From assembly GCA_001599295.1 (NCBI GenBank), contig BCGN01000007.1:1043791-1107790 (forward strand): a stretch of DNA of 64,000 nt, given 5' to 3'. Of the stretch, positions 34,061-45,545 are shown in pieces. The notes beneath the pieces were generated by a model. It did not search any database. It worked only from the letters and a program-made list of their open reading frames with translations, and was not told where the DNA came from. Made by a program: the position numbers and the translations under genes. The stretch comes from Sporopachydermia quercuum. Its lineage: Eukaryota. How positions within the stretch are numbered: the stretch's first letter is position 1; every line of letters starts with the position of its first letter.

Positions 34061-36600
34061 CTATACATTCAAATAACTAAAATCTCTCCCTAATGACTTC
34101 ACCTTATCACTATCATATCCATCGACATTATCAACGTCATTGCTTGCCATTATCTCATTAGACAGATTATCTGCTTCCTTAGAATAAAACTCTGTATCTC
34201 TGGTTGACCGATATCGGTTATAATTAGGACTAACGGGTTCCAAGTTCGGCTCCAATTCTCGGTTCATATTCTTGTGATCCGTTCCCGATTCCTCCATGTC
34301 AAGTAGGTTACTACGTTTATGAGCTTTTAATTGGTCCATCACAACGTTTTTCTCTTTGGATTTCTTCCATTGCAAAGCGGGGCTTTCGGGTAGAAACTTG
34401 CTTTTGGCCGAACGGAACACTTGGGTAGCTGGTTTCAAGTAAACAGACACCAGCATACCAATATTGAGTTCCAATTCTTCCAGCAATAACGCCTCCAGTT
34501 TATCGGTACTGGCGGATAACAACGGCATGTAATTACCCGGTTCACCAAATAGAATCTTACTAGACACGCCTTTATACTCCGGTTTGGTACGATCTCCTTG
34601 ACAAGAAAGTAAGCGCCAGTAGAAATAGCCCCGGTCCCGGAGGTCGGAGTTATCTGATTCTTCGGTTGAGTACCGGAGAACGTCTATAACAAATTTCTCG
34701 GCCTGTTTTGGTTTTAAAATAAAGTACTTAACTGCGGCTGTAAGCATAGTGAGTTTAACCGAGAGAGGATCGTCGTTTAAGGTTTCCCAAAATTGTTGGA
34801 GAATCTGCCCCGCATTATCAATCCGATCGGAATAGTTCCCCACTATCCAGATCAAAGCATCTTTTCCCTCGGGTTCATTTACCATTTCCAGAACATTTTC
34901 TCCGCATATCTTGGGCAAAAACGATAAATATCGTGATGGATACCTTCGGAAAACATCCCGCATGGCTATGACCGTTTCCAGAACGATATACGAAACCCCG
35001 GTCTCCAAAAGCTCCTCCAGGACCTCCATACATTCTTCCGTTGCCGCTTCAATCTTAATTGCCAGTTTTCCAATAGCTCGAGTAGCCTTCCGAGACATCT
35101 GGACATCGATCTCAGACGCATATTCTTCCAATTCCTTCAATACAAGCCCAAGATTGCTTTCCGTAGCTAACAAGTATATAATGTCTAACTTGTTGTCCTT
35201 TATATATGAAGGATCATTGTACTTGATGAAAAACATTCTCACGTCTAGTTGAATAAGTTCTGGTTTACTGAGCAACAATAAAATCACATTTCTAAGCACC
35301 AAATACTGAATTTCGAATGTTTTCGATAATAACGACATTAGAGATGCTCCTAAACGTTTAGGAAGCACAGGAATCTCGTCGCTGGGATATTCGACATAAT
35401 TAGCCATAAACACAATAAACCTAACAGCACCCATAACCACAGCAGTGTTTTCATGCTGTAAATGTGGAATTGCTTTGTCAATAAACGATAAAGCGGTAGT
35501 GCTGTTCTGCGGAACGTAGTTCATCATCGCTGTAAATATATACGCCGTGTACCATTCAGATGTCTTGCTTAGCAGATTCATGAGCGATTTNGCGTGTTTG
35601 GTGTCAATTGCTAATTTCAAGCCTGGAGTTCGTTCAGTGATGTCGTTCAACGAGCATAGAGCACTGGCAATCACTATAGGGTTAGTATCTTTCAACAGAT
35701 CGTTCAGTTTTTCAATCAACCCTTGGTCTTGAGCGAGCCTGGGCTCATGCTGCCATATTTTGGCAACAGCATAGGCAGCAGTTTTCCGTAGAAAAGGCTC
35801 GTTGTCATCTAGAAGACTTGAAACATAAGGCACAACTGCTATTAAATACTGTTTAATGGAAATAGAAGTGAGGGTCCGTAGAATCAGTGCGCGGACTAAC
35901 GGTGAAGGGTCATTGAAGTCCTCCAGAAGCACAGGTAACAGTTTAATAGATAAATCAGGTTTTGCTGTTGCGTAAACTGAAAGGAAATGGAAACAGAGTT
36001 TTTTCAAAGTGATATCAACAGTTGGGCTTGTATTGGCTTTTATCAATGCATGGATTTGAGGGAACAAAAGAATCATTTCATGGTTGCCCATTGTGATATT
36101 GGCGATAATCTTCTGCAGGACGAGTTTACGTTTCTGGTTTGCTTGGACCTGCGATTTATTAGCTGCTGATATTTCTCCGTGCTTTTTGTCTATTTGTATG
36201 AGTTCCTCTTTGAGTTCTTGAGCACGGGTCTGTGAATAAGTTAGTACGATAAAGTAGGAAAGGGCAGCAAAAAAATGCTAGCAGGGAAGCGGATGATCAG
36301 GATATATAAGATTTGGGTTGAGCCATTCCTAATTAGGAAAAATCTCTGGTAGCATTCGGAACGCACTATTGGTCAATTGCTTGCGCAGATACTACCCATT
36401 ATCCGTTATTTGTGTAGTGACAATTATCATGCAATATCAGGAAGCTAGAAAAAAACACTTACTCTAACGAATACTTTGCCATCCGAGCCCAAGGCCAAAC
36501 TGCTTCCCGAGCTATGAGATCCCAAAGATACGGCTCCGGAATTAGCCGCCTTCCGAGAAATCGTTCCCGATCTCTTCGCTATGTTTGTAATGGCATTCAT
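34061..36600 (-). CDS. APL1: AP-2 adaptor complex beta subunit, 2 exons
   Basis: Exon 1 36600-36463 (...SDGKVFVR), intron GTAAGT...TACTAAC...CAG, exon 2 36229-34061 (TRAQELKEEL...RKLVLQKIIANITMGN...PLVRALILRT...YNDPSYIKDNKLDIIYLLA...EYASEIDVQMSRKA...DLRDRGYFYWRLLS). Confidence 0.9.
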
Positions 36601-36844
36601 AATAGGTCACTATGATGATATGCTTGATGAACAAGGAACCCGGGTAATAAAATCAAAACTGATGTAAGTATGGGAAGATGCAAAGCTGGAATAGAAGTAT
36701 AAGGTTCGTTGATGATGAATTGAGGGTGAATTGAGCATTTGAAGGTGATGAGTCCTAAGTGTGAGATGAGAGAAGGAGAAAACGGTACATTTCGGATCGG
36801 ATCGGATCATCAACAGCTGTTGATAAAAATAAAAGTCTTGTGAG

Positions 36845-36861
36845 GCCCCCTTATAGGGGGC
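36845..36861. promoter_or_regulatory. Perfect inverted repeat GCCCCCT-TAT-AGGGGGC (two inverted STRE-like CCCCT/AGGGG sites)
   Basis: Seen directly in the APL1/ICL2 divergent promoter. Regulatory role is inferred. Confidence 0.35.
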
Positions 36862-36999
36862 TAAAGAGAGATTTTAATAGTCGGAGATAATAAGTAGTAG
36901 ATCGGAAATAATCTGGAAATAAGAAACTACGGATTGGTGCATTGGTAATAACGTAATCAATCCATGAGGTGTTCCGATCGGATTATTATTTGCATTGTC

Positions 37000-37042
37000 C
37001 CCCACAAAGTGCGAGTTTTAGTTTGAACTTTAACTTCCCCAC
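37000..37042 (-). promoter_or_regulatory. Two Mig1/CreA-like SYGGRG sites (CCCCAC on + strand) upstream of ICL2
   Basis: CCCCAC at 37000-37005 and 37037-37042. Consistent with glucose repression of a methylcitrate-cycle gene, but the motif is short. Confidence 0.3.
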
Positions 37043-37625
37043 ACGACACGGAAGGAGGATAATATATTCCAGCCGAAAGAAACAAATTATAAGTGAGCNT
37101 TTAATCTTTGCAAAAAAGATAACAAGGTAGCCAATATTGTTGAAAAGCCTATCTAATAACAATGGCGCTAATTAAGTATCAATTCTGCCTGAATTTAATC
37201 CAATATTGTATTAAAATCAGGTAAAAACCTCTTACAAATGCTGTTTCCACTCATGCATATTCCTACATATTATTGCATAAACTGAAATGAAGCGCCGACT
37301 CGGAGCATCATCCTTTCCAATATTCNCCCTCATATTCTCTCATTATTTCATTATAATTCATATATTTTCAACAATGGAAAATCATTTATAAACTCCTCTT
37401 CATCGTCTTATTAGTCTATTAAACTGTCACATTAACAGCTTCGTTATTGTAAAAGTTATCCACTGCTTTCCTCTTGACATTCATTCTAAGCCTACTATAT
37501 GCATTCTATGTCTCTACACTTAGTATTCATTCTTCCCTATTAGAAGAACTCACTTCTCCACCTGTTCGATATATAGCTCAACTACTCTTTCGTCTTGAAT
37601 TCCTATTTCAATATCTAACTGCAAA

Positions 37626-39350
37626 ATGCTAGGCAAGTTCAGAATCCCAGCTAATATTCGGCCGAAAATCCTGACTGTTCCAGCCCGTACCGTTGCACCT
37701 ATCAGAATGACTTCTCAGCTACATACTCATTCTTATCAGCTTCCTGATGAAAACGCTTTGAAGAATGACCCAGAATCTATTGAAAAATGGTTCAATTCCC
37801 CACGGTACTCTTCCCTAGGTATCAAAAGACCTTACTCCGCTGAAAAAGTGTCTCTTCATAGAGGTGCCTTCCCCACAACTCTTCTGCCATCTTCCATACA
37901 AGGCAGGAAGCTATTCAATTTATTAACAGAAAAAAGTGCCAAGGGTTTACCCACGCATACAATTGGTTCAATTGATCCTGTTCAAATGACCCAGTCTGCG
38001 AAAAACCAAGAAATCGTTTATGTTTCCGGCTGGGCTTGTTCCTCTTTGCTAACTACTACTAATGAAGTAGGACCTGACTTCGGTGACTATCCATATGATA
38101 CAGTGCCAAACCAAGTAGAAAGACTATTCAAAGCTCAACTATTACACGACAGGAAAGAGTCTTTTTACTTGAAAACCGGGCAAGTCACTCAGAATGATTA
38201 TATTGACTATATGAGACCTATCATTGCTGATGCTGACACTGGTCACGGAGGTTTAGGAGCAGTAATGAAATTGGCAAAGCTATTTGCTGAAAAGGGAGCA
38301 GCAGCTATTCATATTGAAGATCAACTTCATGGAGGTAAGAAATGCGGTCATCTTGCTGGGAAAGTGATTGTTCCTACTTCAACTCAAATCTCAAGATTAA
38401 TTGCTGCCAGATATCAATGGGATTTACTGGGCTCTGAAAACTTGCTGATAGCAAGAACAGATTCTGAATCAGCCAAGCTTCTATCAAGTTCTGTTGATCC
38501 TCTTGATCACAAGACTATTCTTGGTGTTTCTGATCCTGATGTCAAACCATTGGCTCAAATTTTGCTTGAAGCTGAAAGATCTGGTGCCTCCAGTGATGAG
38601 ATCAATACTTTAGAAGCTAACTGGCAATCCAATACTAAATTACACACGATTGATGAAACNATTGAAGAATTATTCAAATCAGAAGGCAAGTCCGATTTAT
38701 TGGAAAGTTATCATGAGCAATCTGTTGATAAATCTATTCATGACTGTAAAGCTATTGCTACTTCATTGCTGAATTCGGCTGGTAGTGCGAGCACTCCTAT
38801 TGTATTTGATATAGANGCAGCTAAAACAAGAGAAGGATACTATCAAGTTAAGCCAGGTATTGATCATGCTGTTAATAGAGCTTTGGCCTTTGCTCCTTAT
38901 GCCGAATTGATCTGGTTAGAAACGAAAACTCCAGATTTGGCTCAAGCTAAAGCCTTCGCTAGTAAGATTAGAGAAAAGTTCCCTAACAAATGGCTTGTCT
39001 ATAATCTATCACCATCTTTCAACTGGTCAGGCATGGGATTCTCAGATAAGGATTTGAAAGACTTTGTATTTGAACTTGGCAAAGCTGGTTTTGTCGTACA
39101 ATTGATTTCATTAGCAGGATTACATTCTAATGCTGTTACGACATATGAGCTTTCACAGAGGTTTGCTACTGAGGGAATGAAAGCTTACGTTGATTTGATT
39201 CAGTCCAAAGAGAAAGCAATAGGATGTGATGTTTTAACCCATCAGAAATGGTCAGGAGCTCCTTATTTCGATGATATTGTCTCCACTGTTCAAAGTGGCT
39301 CTAGTTCAACTGTTTCCAGTTCCAAGGATTCAACAGAGCACGGATTTTGA
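37626..39350 (+). CDS. ICL2: Mitochondrial 2-methylisocitrate lyase (isocitrate lyase family)
   Basis: Arg-rich presequence-like N-terminus; [71 protein letters not shown]. The WACSS/ETKTP variants and the presequence favour ICL2 over ICL1. Confidence 0.9.
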   Translation: MLGKFRIPANIRPKILTVPARTVAPIRMTSQLHTHSYQLPDENALKNDPESIEKWFNSPRYSSLGIKRPYSAEKVSLHRGAFPTTLLPSSIQGRKLFNLLTEKSAKGLPTHTIGSIDPVQMTQSAKNQEIVYVSGWACSSLLTTTNEVGPDFGDYPYDTVPNQVERLFKAQLLHDRKESFYLKTGQVTQNDYIDYMRPIIADADTGHGGLGAVMKLAKLFAEKGAAAIHIEDQLHGGKKCGHLAGKVIVPTSTQISRLIAARYQWDLLGSENLLIARTDSESAKLLSSSVDPLDHKTILGVSDPDVKPLAQILLEAERSGASSDEINTLEANWQSNTKLHTIDEXIEELFKSEGKSDLLESYHEQSVDKSIHDCKAIATSLLNSAGSASTPIVFDIXAAKTREGYYQVKPGIDHAVNRALAFAPYAELIWLETKTPDLAQAKAFASKIREKFPNKWLVYNLSPSFNWSGMGFSDKDLKDFVFELGKAGFVVQLISLAGLHSNAVTTYELSQRFATEGMKAYVDLIQSKEKAIGCDVLTHQKWSGAPYFDDIVSTVQSGSSSTVSSSKDSTEHGF

Positions 39351-39527
39351 TTAACCAGGGAATAAGGAGAAAAAATATGAGTCAAACGACAGCATGGCAT
39401 GTTAAGTAAAAGTTCAGTTTAACAATGACAGTATATATTTTATANTGAAAAGAGCGAATTAAAAAATGTAAGTGATTATTATGAAAAAGATGTAGATAGC
39501 ATCTATCATGTTTCCTGGGTTTTCTGC

Positions 39528-39590
39528 TTGATTTCTGATTGATTTCTGATTGACGTCTAATTTCTGATTTCTGATTTCTTATTTCTTCTA
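39528..39590. repeat. Degenerate ATTTCTG / TTGATTTCTGA short tandem repeat downstream of ICL2
   Basis: ttgatttctga x2, then atttctg-like units. Confidence 0.6.
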
Positions 39591-40717
39591 CCAATGACCN
39601 AAAAGAGGCCACATGAATGGTAACTGTTGTAGTTCTTTCTCACCATCAGCTTTTTTCCTATAGTTCCTGATACTCATGCCTACNGCATTGTTATAGCATT
39701 GCAAAAAGAACATCGGTCNATGTAGCAAGTGATAATTCAATTAATTCCTAGACTTTATACATCAAGTGATCTCATCGCTAAGCAAACATATCATCGTTCT
39801 GTGTTGGTATTGGTCATTGCTATCAGCTGGTTACACTTGCTAGAAATACTAATTATTATATGCATATGAATTGGGAAAGCCGTCATATGACAGCTGATAG
39901 TGAGAATAGGCAACTGTTGCTATGAAATAGGTTTGAGTATCAGGAATATTGGGACTATTACAGATATTGTCAGATACAAAGAGATTATTAAAAATAAACA
40001 ATGTCTCGTAAGTTATTCGAGGATTTGCTATCAAATTTGCTATTANCAAGAGTACATTCGGTAGGTATCACTAGTTTTGTCAATACGAGAGACAAATAAG
40101 ATTCAAAAAGTATGCAGTCTCATGCTCAGACATGCAAAACTTTCAAACCTAAAACTCTATCTCAGCATCTCGTAACACTCTTCTATATACCTTTAACATG
40201 AACCAATAGTACACGTTTTCCAGTTGAAGTAGTACAAGGAATTCTCCATATTTTCATATTTCAGCTGTTATTCTGTTTCTAGCACTATTTCTATTTCTAT
40301 GCTTGTATCTCGTCGGCTGTCTACACCACAGGCATATTAGAGCTTCCTTCACCCACAGTTTTACATGTGCAACTCCACATACTTACAGAAAGAGGGAAAC
40401 CGATTCAAACAAAAGTTGAATCTCATTACTTCCCGCTGTTCCACTGGAAACCCCAATAAAATAGTCAGCAAACCAAGTAACTAAAACTATTCAACTCTCC
40501 ATGCAAAAAGCTTTCTATGCACCTGAATGGATTCTGTACATATAGTGCATAGACTTACATATTCACATGTAATATCAGACTCCTCATGTTTATTGTTTAC
40601 ATTTATCCAACTACAAACAAATATACATCCGAGTTTTAGCTACTCTTCCACACTTCCGCCCTTTTTTCGGCTAGTTCCTATCGAGATCTCTTCCGAAACT
40701 ACCTGTTATCTTCCAAA

Positions 40718-42439
40718 ATGATGCGATCTACAAAACGGAAAAACCCTTACACTTCTACGGTTTATATTAAAGAGAAAAGACTCAAACAAACAACCTCATC
40801 ACCAAAGCCTACCCTTACTTTATCCCAGGAACAACAAGCGATTATCAACGTTATTCTTACCCAGGGGAAAAATGTGTTTTTTACGGGAGCAGCCGGAACC
40901 GGAAAATCTTTCTTACTACAAGAAATTATTCGAGAGCTTAGGCAAAAGTACCGGAATGATCCGTTTGCTGTACAAGTTACAGCTCCTACTGGTTTAGCAG
41001 CTATTAATATCGGAGGACAGACACTACATAGCTTTGCTGGAGTTGGTCTTGGAGTTCCGCCGGCCCGAGAATTGATCCGATGTATGGCGAAAACTGGAAG
41101 AACGGCTTTGGAAAGGTGGGCTAGAACAAAAGTACTTATTATAGACGAAATTTCTATGTGTGATGGGCTGTTTTTAGATAAGTTATATGAGATAGCTAAC
41201 GAAGTGCGGGGACAAACCCGCTTTGGAGGAATCCAGTTAATATTTTCCGGAGATTTTTATCAGTTGCCACCGGTGAGTTCATCGGATAATTTCGGAAGGA
41301 AAACCACCCGAGTTTTCTCGTTTGATTCTAAATGCTGGTCGGAATGTATTGATCATGTGTTTGAACTTAAAACGATGTTCCGACAGGAGAATGATTTAAA
41401 ATTTGCTAGTTTGCTAAATAGAATTCGAATTGGGAGTATTTCTCCTGAGTTGGTCTCCGAGTTTTCCCAATTAGAACGACCTTTAACTCTCCGGAAAGGA
41501 ATAAAACCAACAGTGTTATTTCCAGTGAATAGTCGAGTGGATGAAGTTAACAAAACGAATTTAGCCGAGCTTCCGTTTCCGCTAATGATTCACAAAGCCA
41601 CTGATACCGGAAGGAATAAAAATAGCGAGTTTTTTTTCAAAAATCTTAGAGTTGGGGAAACTGTAGCTTTGAAAGTGGGGGCTCAAGTTATCTGCTTACA
41701 AAACATAGCTGAGTTGAATGTTGTCAATGGTTCATTAGGAAGAATTGTGGCTTATCTTCCGAGCAGAGTGTGGAAGTTATTACTAAGCTCTGCAGGCTCG
41801 GCAGGTTCGGAAAGTTTGGTAAGTTCGGGAAAAGAAGGGAAGCCTACACTATTAATTCAGATGATATCACATGTTCGGATTCAACAAATAGTAAGTTTAG
41901 CAGAGACCTTCCTTAAGGGAAAACCAAAAACGACTACAAAACTTAAACTTACTTCCATCCGATCCGATGGAATATACAGACGTCTAAAATCGGCTGCGGA
42001 ACAAACCTTAATGGAAAGAATCCTCATGAATAACTTACTAGATGTTCCGAAAGAACGGATATATCCTTTAGTAGATTTCTTAGATAGAGGATTAGTATTA
42101 ATGAAACCGCAAAGTTTTGAGCTTCCTGACCCGAAAAATGCCGATAAAGCTTTAGCTGCTCGGCAACAAATTCCGCTCGGCTTAGCTTGGGCATTGTCTA
42201 TTCATAAATCACAAGGTCAAACGCTACAGTATGTGCAGGTAGATCTGACTCGGTCTTTTGAATGTGGACAAGCGTATGTGGCATTATCTCGGGTTCGGGA
42301 TCGGAGTGGATTACAGGTCATCGGGTTTTCTCGGAGTAAAGTCATGGTTGATGATAAAGTAATTAAGTTTTACCGAACTCTGAGGACGTATTCTGACGAA
42401 GAGATAGTTAAGAACGAGCAAGGGAGAAGATGTGTTTGA
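40718..42439 (+). CDS. Pif1/Rrm3-family 5'-3' DNA helicase (compact, divergent)
   Basis: LSQEQ, NVFFTGAAGTGKSFLL, VTAPTGLAAINIGGQTLHSFAGVG, LIIDEISM, FGGIQLIFSGDFYQLPPV, FRQ, LKVGAQV, NGSLG, RQQIPLGLAWALSIHKSQGQTL, FECGQAYVALSR. I cannot tell PIF1 from RRM3 or an extra paralog. Confidence 0.92.
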   Translation: MMRSTKRKNPYTSTVYIKEKRLKQTTSSPKPTLTLSQEQQAIINVILTQGKNVFFTGAAGTGKSFLLQEIIRELRQKYRNDPFAVQVTAPTGLAAINIGGQTLHSFAGVGLGVPPARELIRCMAKTGRTALERWARTKVLIIDEISMCDGLFLDKLYEIANEVRGQTRFGGIQLIFSGDFYQLPPVSSSDNFGRKTTRVFSFDSKCWSECIDHVFELKTMFRQENDLKFASLLNRIRIGSISPELVSEFSQLERPLTLRKGIKPTVLFPVNSRVDEVNKTNLAELPFPLMIHKATDTGRNKNSEFFFKNLRVGETVALKVGAQVICLQNIAELNVVNGSLGRIVAYLPSRVWKLLLSSAGSAGSESLVSSGKEGKPTLLIQMISHVRIQQIVSLAETFLKGKPKTTTKLKLTSIRSDGIYRRLKSAAEQTLMERILMNNLLDVPKERIYPLVDFLDRGLVLMKPQSFELPDPKNADKALAARQQIPLGLAWALSIHKSQGQTLQYVQVDLTRSFECGQAYVALSRVRDRSGLQVIGFSRSKVMVDDKVIKFYRTLRTYSDEEIVKNEQGRRCV

Positions 42440-43042
42440 AGGTTTTGATTATCTAATACGGTATTGCAATTGATGATATTCCGAGGGAAGATACCTGGAA
42501 TGGCTTCAATTAAGTATATTTAATCCGATGTTGTATATATAGTAATGAAGAATAAGTTTTGGATTACGTAATTGAAAAACAGTGTTGAACTGAATTGAAT
42601 ATAGCATAGATTAATGATTATATAATCATTAAAGCATTAGCATCCCTTCTACATATTTTGAGAACACATCATTTTGTATAGAACATCCCCTGTCTTAATA
42701 AATATAAATAGAAAGTCATCTCATATTATTATCATGAAGCTGTTTTCACCATTAAAAGTGAGTTGTATTTAGAAACAAGTTATCACATATGTTATCACTC
42801 TCTACGTTCATTTCAAACACGGCTCCTATATTATAATTTCCGCTTTTAAATAGAACGGAAATAATTACAGAACCCATCTTCTCCGTAATTTCCTATTTTC
42901 TCTCACTGGAGTTTAAAAACATTCGGAATTTTTCTTGCTATCAACCACGTTACAAATCAATACAAAAACCTCGGCTCGGAGGCGAAACCACCAGAGAAGG
43001 CCGATACATCACAAATATTACCCATTCTAGCGTTTCGGAAGG

Positions 43043-44848
43043 ATGAAAGAAACCTTAATTGCTCTGTTTGCCCGGCATGGGAAAGGGCATCACGTGAATG
43101 TGAAATACGGGTACATTTTATTGGCTATAACATTTTTGGCTGTAATTCTCATTGCCTGCTGCAATGTACTTCGGAACCAGCGATGGGTGAAATCGGGCGA
43201 CTCTCGGAAATACTCGGAGAATTTTAAGCTCCCGTTGTGGCTATTTGTGGTGATTTGGGTAGTCATTGTGGCGTCATTAGGTGGCTATCATTACTCAGGC
43301 ACATATATTGATTTAGGGAAACGAATGGGAAGGTAAGCATAATATTATAATTTTATTGACCCGATGTTCCTCGAACGAAGAATACAAACTAGTACAGTCT
43401 CGGATTTGTTTTCTTATTTGGTGCTTTTCACTATCCTTCCGCTATCATCTTCGTTCTTACTAACATCTCTCTTTAGACTCTCTTTCTCATTACTTCCGTT
43501 TTCGACATTTTTAACCCTTCGGCCTTCACCATTACCACAAACAATATATTTACAGTTAATTCCTCTCCATAAATGGATCAGCCGAATTGCCGTTGTTGCT
43601 GGAGTCTTCCATGCCTGTTGTTTCCTTGTTCTATACGCTACGACTGGCCGTTTGACTCGCATGTTCGCGCTACGGAACTTTCCGGGTGTTATTGTATTCA
43701 TACTCTTTATTATTGTTTCCATTATTTCATTAAAGCCGTTCCGAAACCGGAATTATAAGCTTTTTTATAGTTTTCATTATGCCGTCGGCTGGATTTCGTT
43801 ATTGCTTATGCTTGTTCATGCGAGACCAAATGTCATTGTGCAGATAGCGTTAACTAGTATTTGTATGGGAGGACAATTGATATACCGGGCGTCAGTTAAT
43901 AAGACGTTTTCCGACATAGAAGTTACCGATGTTTCACCAAGTTTAAGTTTAGTGGCTTTTCCTCGGGTATTATTACCAGATAGGTTCCCTGCGGGGAGTC
44001 ATATAAGAGTATCTGGAGAAATGCGGAATCCCTTGAACTGGTTTGTATCTACACATCCGTATACTGTGGCAACATTAGATTCCGACTCCGAAGCCTATTT
44101 GGTTGTCCGGAAGACCCGATTTGAGCTTTCAGCAGGGGTTAAGTATTCCTCATTTGGTCCATTTTCTGCTTTGCCCTCCGCTTTTTTCCTTACAGCTAAG
44201 CAAGTTGCTGTGTTAGCCGGAGGTTCAGGAATATCTTTTGCCGCGCCTGTAGTTCGGGAACTTTCGGCTCGGGGCATTGATACTGAGCTTATTTGGGTGG
44301 TTCGGGACAAACGGGATGTTTCCGTATTAGANAAATTGGATGTCCATTCGGCTAAAGTATACGTAACGGGCACCAGGCCGAATTCTTCGGGAATAGTGGC
44401 CGATGATCTGTATGATCCTTTTACCGATGAAGAAGAAATTACATCCGGACAGGGTATTGATGATATTCCATTAGTTACCACAGCTTCGGCATCGGCAAAG
44501 ATCGCTAATTCCTCGGATGATATCTCCGGTTCGGATTTAGAAAGCTTACTTGACTATGACGACGAAAGTGGAAATGGAACCGGATCTACTCTCGGAGAAT
44601 CACAAACTTTGGTTGGGTCACCGGATGAGATCGGAAGTAGAAAGAAGGGGAAAACCGCAATTACATTTCAATACGGAAGACCCTTACTAAGCCAAGTCTG
44701 TCGACCGATCTTTGGTTTAAACAATTCTAACTCCGACCGTACTAACTCATGGTTAGTTGCATGTGGACCTGAGAGTTTAATTCAAGATGCAAGGAAATGG
44801 GCCAAAACGGAAGACATAAGGTTTGCGTCTGAGGAATATAGTTTATAA
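43043..44848 (+). CDS. AIM14: Ferric-reductase-like NADPH oxidase (Aim14/Yno1), 2 exons
   Basis: Exon 1 43043-43332 (MKETLIALFARHGKGHHVNVKYGY...GKRMGR), intron GTAAGC...TACTAAC...TAG, exon 2 43477-44848 (LSFSLLPFSTFLTLRP...IPLHKWISR...HPYT...AGGSGISF...VACGPESLI...EEYSL). Confidence 0.88.
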
Positions 44849-45545
44849 TCTGGTGTCTAAATGGGGTAATATACATTAAATTAGCTTATTACATTGTTGT
44901 TTATTTGGGGTACTAACTGAGGGATCAGGATGGATAATTGGTAGTAAGAGTATCATGTAAATTCCACTAATGATTAAAGTTAAAGTATTTAGCCAAGTTC
45001 GACGAAACCTTAACTTATGTTATTGTCTAGCCTCAATCACAATACCCAGGGGTAGTTCTAAATATAAAGAACTATAACCAAAACTACACTAGAGGAATGA
45101 ACTAATAAGCAAATAAACACATACATTTTGCTTGATAAGCCATAATAAAAGATAAAGCAAAGTCTGTAAATTTTAGTGTGTATAATTTTGTATATGAAAT
45201 TCGGCCTGAAGTCGGGTATATTGCAGTACAACAGGCCTAGTTTGTTGGCCTTACTATTCCACCAACTAACTCCCCTTTATGCATAGAACAATGATCTAAC
45301 TTTCTGGTCTAATATAAAGAAATCAGCTGCTTTTATTGATTGCTCTGAATTTAACTGGCCTGCCTATATAATTAGTCTTTTAATTTGTAATACACTGGCA
45401 TAGAAATGGACTGTAACATAATTAACTGCTCGAAAGCAATGCAACGTTGACGCAGGTACCAAACCTAAAACCTAAAACCCAGATTCAAAAAATCATTATT
45501 TCATTAGGATCTATTTATTCATACCAAAATGTCTACTAGAAACCA

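Noticed and set aside
39348..39365. Stop-codon readthrough giving a peroxisomal ICL2 isoform
   Set aside because: The context is TGA-TTA and the extension (LTRE-stop) has no PTS1.
1..42439. Functional gene cluster of genome/telomere maintenance genes (TOP2, SWT21/TCAB1-like, HRQ1, PIF1-like) or nucleoside genes (CDD1, KRE33, NRK1)
   Set aside because: The genes are interspersed with unrelated housekeeping genes and share no evident regulatory motif. Coincidence is adequate without synteny data.
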